A DNA stretch of 64,000 nucleotides, from positions 62,434,001-62,498,000 of the forward strand of contig OX597818.1 in assembly GCA_951406725.2 (NCBI GenBank). Direction: 5' to 3'. The DNA comes from Octopus vulgaris. Its lineage: Eukaryota. The position numbers and the translations under genes were made by a program. The notes below the pieces were generated by a model that saw only the letters and a list, made by a program, of their open reading frames with translations, searched no databases and had not been told where the DNA came from. Below, one piece after another: positions 38,685 to 51,905 of this stretch (positions are counted from its first letter, which is position 1; every line of letters begins with the position of its first letter).

Positions 38685-38929
38685 TTTAAGATGGGCTAGT
38701 CATGGCTTGTGTGCTTATATTTGTAGCTCTGCCGTACCAATACTGATCTAAGGCTAAATTATATCAACAAGCAATATAGTTAGTTGTATTAACAAGGGAG
38801 CCTCTGCGTCATAGTTCTATCTGCTAGATATAACAGCAAAGCATCCATGAAGTGACACGAAAGGAAATAATGGATATTGTAGTTCTAGTTTCTCTGTACA
38901 TCGTCCTGTGTTTTCCTGGACATATCATC

Positions 38930-39450
38930 AGAAATGTTTCCTGGGGCCATTAGGTGCTACTTGTCTTTTAACATCAGACAACCCCTGACTCGAAGGTTGA
39001 ATAAACCACAGGTTGTGTCCAGTTAGTACTAGCTCTCGTAGAGCTGTCCTTTCCAAGGATCACACCTCCTGATCCACAATCACATCGAAACAGCTTGTAC
39101 TCTCTCTACAGCGAACCTGACGATCTTCTAGCTGCTGGCCCAAGTGGTCCCGAGCATATATTAAGTTCTTTACAGTAACTGCTCTGCAAGCCCTTTGCAT
39201 CCCACGTGGTTGGGATTACACTTTGCTTGCCATCATTGTTTTGGCATAATTCCAACAGCTTAGCGTATTTCCTCCTCTTCCTCCAGTTTGAATCTTCGAT
39301 GCGGCTCCCTCAAGGAATGAAGGATTCTAACTGATCCATCTGCTTGGTGGATGCTCCTGAGATCAGTACCATAGCAAGTCTTAGTGATGCTGGAACCACA
39401 GTTCTTTTGAACTTCAGTTGTTTCTCTAGGTCTTCTTTCAACTCCCAATC
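38930..39450 (-). pseudogene. Degraded RLE-type non-LTR retrotransposon 3' fragment (Hero/NeSL-like)
   Basis: Minus strand GWQAKCNPNHVGCKGLAEQ (about 39178-39235) preceded by a WRKRRKYA-like segment, matching the GW..PVEVGCRG RLE tail. Confidence 0.6.
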
Positions 39451-39767
39451 TTTTGGTGTAAATACATTATAACTCAATCAAATACAAAAATAATGATGTC
39501 CTGTTTGGGAACACTTCAGGCTAACGATCTTCGGTAAATTTTCTTTCCAAAATTGTTATTGGGATTTTTACTCTGTTTATGATTATTTATATTTTCAGTA
39601 TAAAGGAATTTATATCTAACAATTACCAGGAAATTGTGGAATTAGGTTTCCCAAAGGCAATACGAACTCCAACCTTCTCTTTCAATTGGGAATCAAAGAG
39701 GCAGCAAGAATTTAGCTTATCTTCAGGATAAATTTGATTTATCATATCTTGCTTCCAAATTCAAATG

Positions 39768-39850
<83 letters not shown>

Positions 39851-40036
39851 GTGTGTTTGTGTGTATCTGCGTATCTGTATATGTGTCTGTATGTGTCTGT
39901 GTGTGTGTGTCTGTGTATGTGACTGTCTTACTGTCCGATTGACTATCTATCTATGCATACATATATACATAAATATATAAATTTGAAAACACACACACAT
40001 GCACATACGCACGCGGGCGCGCACACACAGACACAC

Positions 40037-40092
<56 letters not shown>

Positions 40093-40703
40093 GTGTGTCT
40101 GTATGTCTGTGTGTGTGTCAGTGTACGTGAGACTGTCTGTCTGTCTATCTGTCTATCCATACATACATATATACATAAATATATAAATATGAACACACAC
40201 ACACATCTATCGTGAACACGTGCATGCACACGCGAACGTAGCGAATCGTAGCTATAGAAACTGCTTCTGGAGAGAAACTGTCCTTATAGACAACGCGTGT
40301 TAGTTTAGACCTCCTTTACTCAAACTAGCACATTTTCATCACAGATTATCCATCCATGACAAACTCCCCTTTTTAAGAATTGCACTGGAATACAATATTT
40401 AATGTAGCATTCGCTTAATTTAAGATAGTAGCGTGTGATTTAAGGAGAGTGGTTGCTATTTCTAGCAGGCTGTACGAAGTTGGTCCAATAGGATTATAGA
40501 TTAGTTATGATAGTATTAGCACAACGAATTTTCCTACAGAATATCTCAGTTGTTCTCTGTATTGAAGTTTATATTATATTTATAGGCAGAGGTGTGCAGT
40601 TGAAAAACTCACCACATGACTAAAAGCTAAGCAGCCTCGTCATATTGTCAAATCTCCAGTCGGATCGACCAGAAATCTTTACTTAACCAACAGCTGGACA
40701 AAC

Positions 40704-40921
40704 GCAGAAACGTTAGCATGACGGGCGAAATGCTTAGCAGTGATTCGTCTGCCGTTACGTTCTGAGTTCGAATTCCGCCGAGGTCAACTTTGTCTTCCAT
40801 CCATTTGGGGTCGATAAATTAAGTACCAGTTAAGCACTGGGGTCGATGTAAGAGACTTAATCCGTTTGTCTGTCCTTGTTTGTCCCCTCTGTGTGTAGCC
40901 CCTTGTGGGCACTAAAGAAAT
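40704..40921 (+). mobile_element. Nin-domain-like SINE with tail B
   Basis: Matches the family. Flanked by AACAGCTG(G/A)ACAAA at about 40689 and 40932. Confidence 0.85.
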
Positions 40922-41221
40922 CAGAAGTAAGAAACAGCTGAACAAAAGAATTTTGGGGCGAAAACTACACCAAATCCTTACAGATACTCACACATTCACA
41001 CGTAGACACTTTCAAACACACGAGCGTGCTCGCACACAGAAACAAACACACCCATGCACACACGCACACATACGCAAACACATATATATGTATACGAAAA
41101 ACATATGAACATACAGATGACTCAAGAGTTCGTCGTGTGAAAGTTGCGATGCGAGATAAATATTATATCAATCAACTATGTGGCGTATATGCAGGGGTGT
41201 ATGTGTGTAGATTTGTATATG

Positions 41222-41372
<151 letters not shown>

Positions 41373-42233
41373 GTTTGTCTGTCTATCCGTATGTCTGTCT
41401 GTCTATATCTTGCTAGAATTTTCAGCCTTAATATGTACCACACACAATTATAATACATACATACCTATAATATATATATATATATATACATACATATATA
41501 TATATATATACATTCATACATATATTTATATGTATATATGTATACATGTATGTATATGTATATATGTATGTATATATAGATATGTAAATAAACAAATCAA
41601 TATACAGACGGATAGGTATATAGACTATATGAACAGACACATATGGAGACACGGATCCACATATATAAAGATACACATCTATACATACAAACATGGTACA
41701 TAGTTACATAACACACACACACACACACAGACATGCACGCACGAGGAGACAGAGGTGCATACATGTACAAACACATGCTCACACACACACACATATAGAA
41801 AATACACAAACACGACCACGCAAGCACATAGATATGCAGGATACGTACATACAGATGCACACACATACATACATATATACATATGCATACGCTCACATAT
41901 ATACATACATACATACACATGCAAACACACACATATACATACGTACATGCATGCATGTATAGGCACACACATAATGACCCACTGACCCACACACATGCGC
42001 ACAAACAAACAAACAAAAGGGAACGCAGTCAGGACTATTGAAAAGGTTGCAAGACCCAACGAAAATGTTAGAAAATAAAAATAAGAAATAAGTGGAAATT
42101 TTACCGGTGAATATGTTACATTATGAGGCACTAAAAGAGAATGACTCTCCCCAGACACAACAGAATATGCTTCAACACACGAACTCATATAAAGAATCTT
42201 GCAAACCAAATCCCAAAATGAAATATATATACA

Positions 42234-42290
<57 letters not shown>

Positions 42291-42306
42291 AAATGGCAAA
42301 AATACG

Positions 42307-42345
<39 letters not shown>

Positions 42346-43637
42346 GTGTGTGTGTGTGTATATGTATATAAATATATATATATGTATATGTATAATATTC
42401 TGTACGTGTATACTGAACTTTTTTAATAATTCCTCCTGGAAATTATCTTGAGATGTATAATATATTTGTTGTAATCTTTTGTGCCCATTATTTCAATGAG
42501 CTTGATAAACTTTTTATATTCTCAACATACTCTTGTCACCAAAGAATGTATATTTATATGGATTATAGTACTCTGTGTCAACCAATATTCTGTGCATGTT
42601 GGAATATACAGATACAATACCAATATCAATTCCTTCTGGAAACTATCTTAAGTATCTCCTTGAGAACGATTAATTATGTAGTAATCTTTTGTGCCCAATA
42701 TTTTAAGGAACTTGTTGAACATTTTTATGTCCTTAACATGTCCCTGTTACCAAAGACTGTATATATGTAATGTAGCAATTTGTAACAACGAATAATTAAC
42801 GCAACCAAACTTCCACATGTTACTTTTGACAATCTTTTTCCAAAGAGTGAAACCGGTAAAGTAAATAAACATCTTTTAAATTGCATTTTCAAACCTTCTT
42901 TCGTATATATATATATATATTAATAAATAAAACATATGCATATATATATACATATATGTGCGTACCTACCTCTACATGTATATATACACGCATATATGAG
43001 TACAGGACACCAAAAAAACGTCGAACACAATGAGAAACGAAAACATAGACACAAACCCAAGGAACTGGACATTTTTCTTAAACAACAAAAAAATAGAGTA
43101 CAGGACAAGCGCAGACATGGCTGTGTAGTAAGAAGCTTGCTTCTTTTGCTATGGCGTTGGGCCGACCAAATTTTTGTGAGTAGATTATTTGGTCGACGAA
43201 ATTGAAAGAAGCCCCCCGTATATATATATATACATATATATATATACATATAGGTGTGCGTGTGTTTTGTCTTTCCACCATCGCTTGTCAACAGATCTTG
43301 GTGCGCTTTCGTCGTGGAAATCTAACGGTTCGACATAAGAGACCGATAGAATAAGTACTCGGCTTTAAGTCCAGGAGCCGATGTGTTTGACTAAATGCCG
43401 TACTCCAGCATGGCCACAACCAAATGACAGAATCCAGTAAAAGAATACAAGAATAAAAGAAGATGCATGCATGTGCGCATAATTATGTAGGTATGAAAGG
43501 ATGTATACACGCACATTTACGTACGAAGAAACACACATACACACCCATAAATACATACAATACCCACACGTAAACAGCAAACGAAAAGAGAAGATCGATC
43601 ACATTCACTTAAGTACTCGATGCATGATAAACTGCAG

Positions 43638-43651
43638 TTATTATTATTATG

Positions 43652-43708
<57 letters not shown>

Positions 43709-43988
43709 GTTGTTGTTGTTATTGTTATTATTATTATTATTGTTGTTGTTATTGTTATTATTATTATTATTGTTGTTGTTGTTATTACAATTATTACTAT
43801 TATTATTATTATTATTACTACTATTATTATTATTATTGTTGTTGTTATTGTTATTATTATTATTGCTATTGTTGTTGGTGTTGTTATTGTCATTATTATT
43901 ATTGTTGTTGTTGTTGTTATTACAATTACTATTATTATCATTATTATTATTATTACTACTATTATTATTATTATTGTCATTATTATTA

Positions 43989-44058
<70 letters not shown>

Positions 44059-44080
44059 CATTATTATTATTATTACTATT
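43638..44080. repeat. Compound (TAT)/(TGT) microsatellite
   Basis: Directly visible. The TGTTATTACAATTA interruption occurs twice. Confidence 0.97.
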
Positions 44081-44105
44081 CTTTGAATGTTTCGTTCAAC
44101 GTTTC

Positions 44106-44139
44106 AGAGATGCCTTTCAACCATTTCAGGTTTCATCGG
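44106..44139 (-). ncRNA. Hammerhead-like motif (family F); diverged inverted partner at 45162-45196 (+)
   Basis: CCGATGA-AACC-TGAAAT-GGTT-GAAA-GGCA-TC-TCT versus CTGAGGA-AACC-CAAAAT-ATCT-GAAA-TGCA-TC-TCTG. The consensus of the two restores the core, but stem I is unclear. Confidence 0.4.
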
Positions 44140-44412
44140 CAATCATAACTCTTATTCAAACTGGGAAAGGTAGCAAGAAATAAATACATGATACAAATAT
44201 CATAGCAAAACAAAAAAGAGGATAAAAAAAAAAGAAAAAAGCAAAATGAATAGATAATAAGAAAAGAAAAGAAAAGAAGCATGCGCAAACACCACCTATA
44301 AATATCAACAACGTCCTCTATCTACAAAGCTGCTGCAGAAAGCTCTGTATTTTTCGCTACACATTGAAAACCTTATCATTTCGTTTATTTCATATATATG
44401 TGTGTGTATATA

Positions 44413-44468
<56 letters not shown>

Positions 44469-44545
44469 CATATATATATATACATACATATATATATATA
44501 TATATATAGAAAGATATATATTATACATATAGGTATAGATAAATA

Positions 44546-44592
<47 letters not shown>

Positions 44593-44695
44593 TGAGTGTG
44601 AATCTGCTTACATACATACACACACACATATATGTATATATATACATATATATATTAGTGTGTAGGGAGATATACAAACAGATATACACACACAC

Positions 44696-44730
<35 letters not shown>

Positions 44731-44844
44731 TGTATACCTATATATATCATACATGCATATATATATACATACATATATATAAATATAAATGAATATTAAT
44801 ATATATCAATATATACAGATATATATGTATGTATATATATATAC

Positions 44845-44921
<77 letters not shown>

Positions 44922-46469
44922 TGTATACATATATATATCTATATATATACACACATATATGTATATGTGTATGCAATCACAACACACAAGCATATATATA
45001 TATTTCTTTGTGATGTTTATCAAAATGAACGTAGATATCAGGAGGCTGCTGCTTTGTCAGTCGAACGCCAGTTGTTGATATTTTTACTTGCTCTTCGTAT
45101 ATACAGATATGTTTTTTCAATATTGGTTTTCGTTTGCTAATTTCAATGAGAGTTATCATTTCTGAGGAAACCCAAAATATCTGAAATGCATCTCTGTACT
45201 GCATATAGTACATACATGCATACATAGATACATACTCACTCACGCACACACACATATATATATATGTGTGTACTCTTTTTTTACTCTTTTAACTCTTTTA
45301 CTTGTTTCAGTCATTTGACTGTGGCCATGCTGGAGTGCCGCCTTTTAGTCGAGCAAATCGACCCCTGGATATATCGTTTGTAAGCCTAGTACTTATTCTA
45401 TCGGTCTTTTGCCGAACCGCTAAGTTACGGGGTCGTAAATACACCAGCATCGGTTGTCAAGTGATGTTGGGTAGACAAACACGGACACACAAATACACAC
45501 ACACACATACATACATACATACATACATACATACATACATACATACATACATACATACATACATACATACACAAGAGCCCGGGAACAGGGAGTGCAACGG
45601 GTGCACCTGCTCCCCTTGGAATTTTCAGTTGGAGCAAGATCAAAATTTGCACCCCCTACATAATTTCACCAGTTCCAGAAAATAGTGTTTAAAAGTTATC
45701 TGTACAAGATGCTTGAAGCTAGATTTCGTGTCAAAGCAAAAACAAAGAGCAAAAGTAAATAAATAAAAGTGATGAAGCTAGGCTTAAAATTCCCTAGGGA
45801 ATTTATGACTGACCAACTTCTGAAGCAATGTAGCGTCAAAAGAAAAAAGATGTGACAACAAGAACAACAACATGACCAGCATCTACGGCTACTCTTCATA
45901 CTTGGTTGGTGGTTTCTTGTCCTCTTTGTAGTTGATGTCGCTAAAGACTGACGACATGGTTGAATGGATTCGACTGTTTGACCTCAGCCTAAAAATAAAA
46001 GCCCTTTTAAAATTCTTTCAGTCATATCGGTTTTCTCATTTAGGTCGTTAGGTCCAAAGTTTGACAAGGGAAGAAAATGATTTATTTTTATCTTTGATAT
46101 TTAATGCTCATTGCTAAATGCTTTCGAAATACTAGTCCAGTTAAATAAAAAAAATTAACAAAAAAAGATTTTGAAAGGAAACATTTAACAATAAATTATT
46201 GCAGACCAACTCCGAAATAACCTAATTTGCGAAGAAATGTATTCGACAATTTCAGACTAATCTATATGAAAAGGAAATGATATTAAAAGCATTACCTACC
46301 GTCATCCTGACGCGGTTAACCATGAAGAGGTGCATTTTTCGCTCATAAGTCTCACCCTAACTGAGGCCAGCACACGGTCTAATATGCTTTTGGTTTGGAA
46401 TTTATCAATAAAGTTCTTTTCTCTGATTTTTCTCTCAATTTCACTTGGACTGTAGTTTGTAGAATGAAA

Positions 46470-46700
46470 ATATATTTTCCGTCTGCATTTAGCTAGCTGG
46501 TTACTCAAAGGTATCTGACGGACATCTAGTTCTCTAATTTGTGTCGGTGCACACGTAAACGTTCTGTCCACATAGAGTTCTTCATAATTTGGGCATTTGG
46601 TGCAGTAAGTAAAATTTTTACTTTTGTGAATATTTGATGCAGTAAATTAAATATTTGCGTTTGAATATTTTCCCGCTTTTTGTGTTCATATATTAGCCGG
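46470..46700 (-). pseudogene. Possible hAT transposase C-terminal dimerisation-domain remnant
   Basis: FTKVKILLTAP ... MKNSMWTERL ... LDV ... LAKCRRKIYF resembles the hAT LxLP..LRxxMxxERL..FA..RR pattern. Weak. Confidence 0.35.
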
Positions 46701-46859
46701 TATGAATGAATTGGCACGTGTGCCACATCGGCTATCACTGCATTTAGATACAGTGAATGATTGGTCTTTTTTGCTAAGGTCAAACTTTGCCTTTCTTAAT
46801 AATTTTACTAAGAACCATAGTTCGATCTGTGATTATATCTTTGAATTCATTTGAGCAAT

Positions 46860-47200
46860 GGTTGGTAGGTTTGCTTTGGCAATGTTGAAGATATTCTGGT
46901 GACATGGGTTGTGTGTCACTATAAATGGTATGGCCTGTTCCAGTTATCCTCTTCTTTCGGTTGTTCTCAGTTGTTGTATGGGTATTTTTATAGCTCGCTG
47001 TATGCCATTTTCTATAAGTAGAGTACAAAGTATGGGATGTTGCGTTTTGTATCTGGTGGATAGCATGACTTACAATTCAGGTATTGATGTGCGTCCGTGT
47101 GTTTGTGGTATATTACTGTGGTAATGGTGGTGTCCTTTTTAATTGCTATTCTATCTAGGAATGGTAATTTGGTACTACTCATCTCTTTTGTAGGTTCAGG
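46860..47200 (-). mobile_element. Penelope-like RT C-terminal fragment
   Basis: KLPFLDRIAIKKDTTITTVIYHKHTDAHQYLNCKSCYPPDTKRNIPY. Confidence 0.85.
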
Positions 47201-47331
47201 AGGATATTTACAGCTGAGCAAGGTGAAATGAAATGTCTTGCTCAAGAACATAACGTGCTGTCTAGTCTGGAGAGTCGAACCAGCGATCTAGTGATCGTCA
47301 ATGCAACGCCCTAACCACTAGGCCATGCACC

Positions 47332-47371
<40 letters not shown>

Positions 47372-48276
47372 GACACAAACCTATATATCGCAAAAGGCTC
47401 ATAGGTATTGTTGCAACTATTTTTTAGCTACAGTTCAGTCTTAGCCAAGGAGACATATGATTGAAGACGTTGCCTTTGTGACCATCTTGTTTATATTTCT
47501 AGCAGTGTATCTAGTATTCTTTTGTAAGAAGACAACAGTGAGGGAGATTTGGCTTTTATTTCTAGTATGGTGAGCGATCTCATAGCGCCTACCACATTGG
47601 TTCGAGGAACACAATGGCTGATGGGTCACGTGGGATGGATGATGGAAGGGGGCCAAAGCGGGGCGAAAGGTCAAGTGACAACAGGTGGAAGGTTTGAGAT
47701 AAAAGAAAAGATAAGGGATGCTGTCACTTAAAAAAGGACGAGTGAGATGTCACGTGATGGCAGGATCATCATCACCATCATCGTCCCCACGACCACTACT
47801 ATCCTCATTCTACTATTGTCATCATCATCACAACCACTATCATCATCATCATGAACTGGCCGACACTTGACCCTTCTTGCTTAATGATGAGAGAAGAGGA
47901 GAGGAGTCCGAAGAATTAAAACTATTATTATTGTAGCCCTTGTGGCCAATGAACGAATTAATTATTAATGGATTGATAGCATCAGTGAAGTACCGGAAGA
48001 AATGCTCGGCAGTATTTCTTCCGGAGTTTTGTCTTTAGCTCAAATCCCGTCCAAGTTAACTTTTTGCTCTCTTCCTTTCTAGGCTGGCAGAATCGTTAGA
48101 GCATTGGGAAGATGCTTTGCGGCACTTCTTCAAATTCATTCTGCAGCGGTCATCTTTTCGAGATCAATGAATAAAGTACCAGTTATGCACTGGGGATGAT
48201 GTAATCGACTCCCTCACCCCCCACACTGCTGACTTTGTGCCAAGCAGACTCGAACTGATAACATTACAATTTTTAG

Positions 48277-48507
48277 GGCGACGAGCTGGCACAAACGTTA
48301 GCACGCCGGGTGAAATGCGTAGCCGTATTTCGTCTGCCGTTACGTTGTGAGTTCAAATTCAGCCGAGGTCGACTTTGCCTTTCATCCTTTCGGGGTCGAT
48401 AAATTAAGTACCAGTTACGCACTGGGGTCGATGTAATTGACTTAATCCCTTTGTCTGTCCTTGTTTGTCCTCTCTGTGTTTAGCCCCTTGTGGGTAGTAA
48501 AGAAATA
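48277..48507 (+). mobile_element. Full-length Nin-domain-like SINE with tail B, directly upstream of the LINE
   Basis: Family consensus ending AAAGAAATA, followed by GGTATTTCGT (48508-48517). Confidence 0.9.
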
Positions 48508-48692
48508 GGTATTTCGTACGTGTGTTGCTGAAAATATATTGTTGGAGTGTGTTCGTAAGTTTCTGTTAATTGTTATATCTCTTGTTGTGCCTATTGTTGG
48601 ACTTATTGTTGAAAAAAATTGTTGTAGGATAGTTTTCTTTCGAAAGTTATCTGGGGATTCTCCTGTGGGTGAAAATATTAATAGCTGGCAAG

Positions 48693-49510
48693 ATGCCGAA
48701 AAGTTCTTCTTCGTCGTGGGACGAATCATCGATTGAGCGAGAAGCAAAGAAAATAGAAAGCTTAATTTTTTATAACGTTTCTGATGTGTCGGAAAGCGAA
48801 TTTTCGGGATTTACCAAGAGTTACGAACACCAAAAGAAAGACCGAAGAAAGGACCATCCAAAATAAAGAAAAGAAAATTTTGCGTTAGTGGCTGGTGGTG
48901 GAACGCGACAGCTGTCAACTGACATAAAAGAATTATTAAACTATAAAGATATGATAACAGAACGAGATGGAATAGTAAAAGTGGAAATACCCGAAGAAGA
49001 ATTAACAGAGGAAAAAAGAAAATTATTATTTTTAAGACATTCTGCTTAGAAGCTTGTAAAATTGATAAAATATGTGATCAAAAAATTGAAAACCCATCTG
49101 GCAGAACATTACATATCTAGCTAGAGGAAAGAAGTTTGGAACCATCGTGGTGAGGTTCAAGAATGCAGAAACGGCACAAAAACACTCTATAAAATCTTTA
49201 GAGTAGGAAGACACAACGTTAATCTCAATTTATATGGGAATGAGAACATCAAAAGTGAGAATTCCAAGAATTCCGCCCGGAATAAATCCTATGAGCTTGA
49301 TGGCGGCAGTCCTGGCAAAAAGGGAAGATAATATCAACCTCCTGCAAGCTACAGTCACAGAAGATACCTATTGAACTGGTCAAACGCTTGACCTCATACT
49401 GCAGGGTGACCAAAAAAATTTCAGAACAGCTCCCAGAAATCGTGGAAGTAGGGGAAGAAGTTCTAAATATTTTTGTTGAGGGGCGTAGGCCACGATGTTT
49501 CCAGTGTGAC
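48693..49510 (+). pseudogene. LINE ORF1 (gag-like) remnant
   Basis: MPKSSSSSWDESSIEREAKKIE..SDVSESEF, NYKDMITERDGIVKV and a zinc-knuckle start RPRCFQC. Broken by stops and frameshifts. Confidence 0.75.
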
Positions 49511-51657
49511 CCGGGCTGCCGGGCTGCCGTGCCTCTCGGGGTCGGATGCAGAGTCTTGCGAAGGGCCAATCACGCCTGTTGAGGTGATGGAGGCTTTGGC
49601 CGACTGTAAAGCGGGTAAGTCACCAGGACATGATGGTCTTCCGTACGAACTGTATAAGTGTATGCGAGACTTGTTCGGGCAACTACTGGCTGACGTGTAC
49701 GCGAACTGGCAACAGAATGGGTTTATCCCTAGATCTGTGCGCCGGGGAGTAGTGGCGTTGGTCAGAAAAGACCCGGACAAGGGAGATGTTATAGAGAATT
49801 TCAGGCCTATCACTCTGTTAAACACAGAAGTGAAGATTTTGGCCAAGGTCTTAGCAAAAAGGTTGGCATGCGTCGCGAATGGTATAGTCGGGTAGGCACA
49901 AGCATGTACCATCCCAGGCAGAACCATTCAGGATACTCTCCATCTTATTCGCTATTCCATAGAGAGTGTTGGTAATAAATCTGGCAAAGGTGGGGCATTG
50001 GTACATTTTAGACCAGTCTAAAGCTTTTGATTGGGTTGACCATCTATACCTGGCGAGTGTGCTTGCGGGGTTCGGCCTGAGCCTTAGCTTCCTCAGGCGG
50101 TTTATCGCTTTGTACCACAACATTGACTCGATAGTTCGGGTGAACAGTTTCGTTTCGAAGCCGCTCTGCATCAGACGCTCGGTTCGTCAAGGATGTCCGC
50201 TCTCACCACTTTTGTATATAATGGCTCTCGAGCCCCTACTGCGAAGGTTGAGTGACATCCCGAGAGAACCAGGTCTAGAGGAGTTTGTTACGGCTTACGC
50301 GGATGATATCACTATCAGTGTAACCTCGGTAGCACGCCTACGTGAAGTGGGTAAGACTATTGAAGCTTACGAGGAGGTGGAAGGAACAAAGATTAACCGA
50401 CGCATTCAGACTCTACCAGCCTAGGTAAATCTTCGGCACCTAGGTTGGCAAGTCGATGCCTTCAGACAGCGTTTTTGGCGCTGGACGGAGGGACCGGTTA
50501 AGTTGCTGGGAGTTTAGTTTGGACCAGATCTCCAGACAGAGATGAATTGGACGGAGATATTGAGCAGGTGGCTGCAGTAGTCAAGACCTGGTCTTGGCGG
50601 TGTCTATCCCTGAAAGGGAGGGCGGAGGTGGCCAATGTGTTTATCGCATCGGTCATTACTTACCGCCTGACCGTCGTGCCCTGTTCGGATTCGTGGTTGA
50701 TCAGGTATGAGAGACAGCTCTTTCGCATTTTGTGGAAGGGCAGGTCGCGACTTGTGAAACGCTGTGTCTGCTGTCAAAAGCCTTTAAAGGGAGGTTTAGG
50801 GATGCCTTGGTTAATGATGCTCAGACATGCGTTGAGGTTGAGGCACCTCTGGATTCTCCTGGATAGTGGACGAGTGTGGTCTCCGCTGGCCAGACAAATC
50901 TTTCCCGAGTTCAAAACTTTTGCGATCAAGAAGCCTGGTGTTTCTCGCAGACCGAGGTCGAGTGAGTGGCATAAAGAGTGCCGTAAGGCCCTCTTGCTAT
51001 TCCGGCGCTCGGACAACGCCAGCAGTGGGGGTTCCACACGGATTTTATATAGTGGGTTGGTAGAGTCTGAATGCGTCGATGGCCTGGGGGTGACTCTAGG
51101 TCTCGGGTTTATTCAAATGGACAGCCTGTTTCACTGTACATTCGGGTTGAGAACGTTGGACAACTTCTAAAAGTCCTTAACTTGGCAATGCTACAGAGGT
51201 GCCTTGCCCGTTTGGGATAAGCTCCCAAGACATGGTAAGCGTCAGTCGCCGACCTGTCCAAGATGCGGGGGGGGGGCAGGGAAACCGTCCCTCACGCTAT
51301 TGTTCAGTGTCGGAGATAACTTAAATGTGGGCTTATGCTGAACACCTGTTGTCCGGCGAAGGAAGAGTACGGCTGTCGACTGAGTCAATAATAAAAATTG
51401 ACTCACCGGGAGTTTTAACGAGCGATCGTAATAATTGTTTCATCACGGTTGTAGCAATAGCGAAAGATTCAGTATGGAAGACTAGGATAAAAGGAATTAA
51501 GGCAGGCAACTTTATCTTTGGCCACAATTTACGATCATTTTTTTCTTTTCATTTGGAAAGGAAGCTGTGGCTGGAGAAGAGATATCTGTCGGAGTGTACG
51601 TTCCAAAAGAGATGGAAGCATGTAGCACGAGTATTGTGCGTGCAAAGAACCGTGTGA
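49510..51657 (+). pseudogene. LINE ORF2 reverse transcriptase and C-terminal cysteine-rich region, disrupted
   Basis: RT motifs spread over ORFs 49473-49895, 49966-50424, 50547-51170 and 51325-51657. Confidence 0.92.
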
Positions 51658-51905
51658 ATAGACGGAAAAAAAGAAGAAAAAAAGGTACCAGCGGTAGATC
51701 GTGGCTTGTGTGGTCGGAGCGGGACCTGATCATCGCTTCATTTGTATTGTTTTTGTATTGTTAGTTCCATTCCATTTTTTTCTATTGTATTTAAATTTTT
51801 AAAGTCATATTATATGTAAAATCATATCACTTCACTGATCCCATCAGTTGTTCTGTCCATTTCTATGTTTGGCCCCCGGTGGGCAATAAAGAATTGGTAT
51901 TGCGT

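Larger units (their letters stand above)
48518..51895 (+). mobile_element. Tx1/L1-clade LINE, 5' UTR to 3' end, inactive, endonuclease region deleted
   Basis: ORF1 remnant from 48693 ending in EGRRPRCFQC. ORF2 has KSPGHDGLPYELY, NFRPITLLNTEVKILAKVLA, LDQSKAFD, VRQGCPLSPLLY, AYADD, GGLGMP and CPRCG..H..QC. Flanked by GGTATT(T/G)CGT. Confidence 0.92.

Noticed and set aside
43501-44183. Poly-Y/C, poly-I and poly-L ORFs
   Set aside because: Artefact of the TAT/TGT microsatellite.
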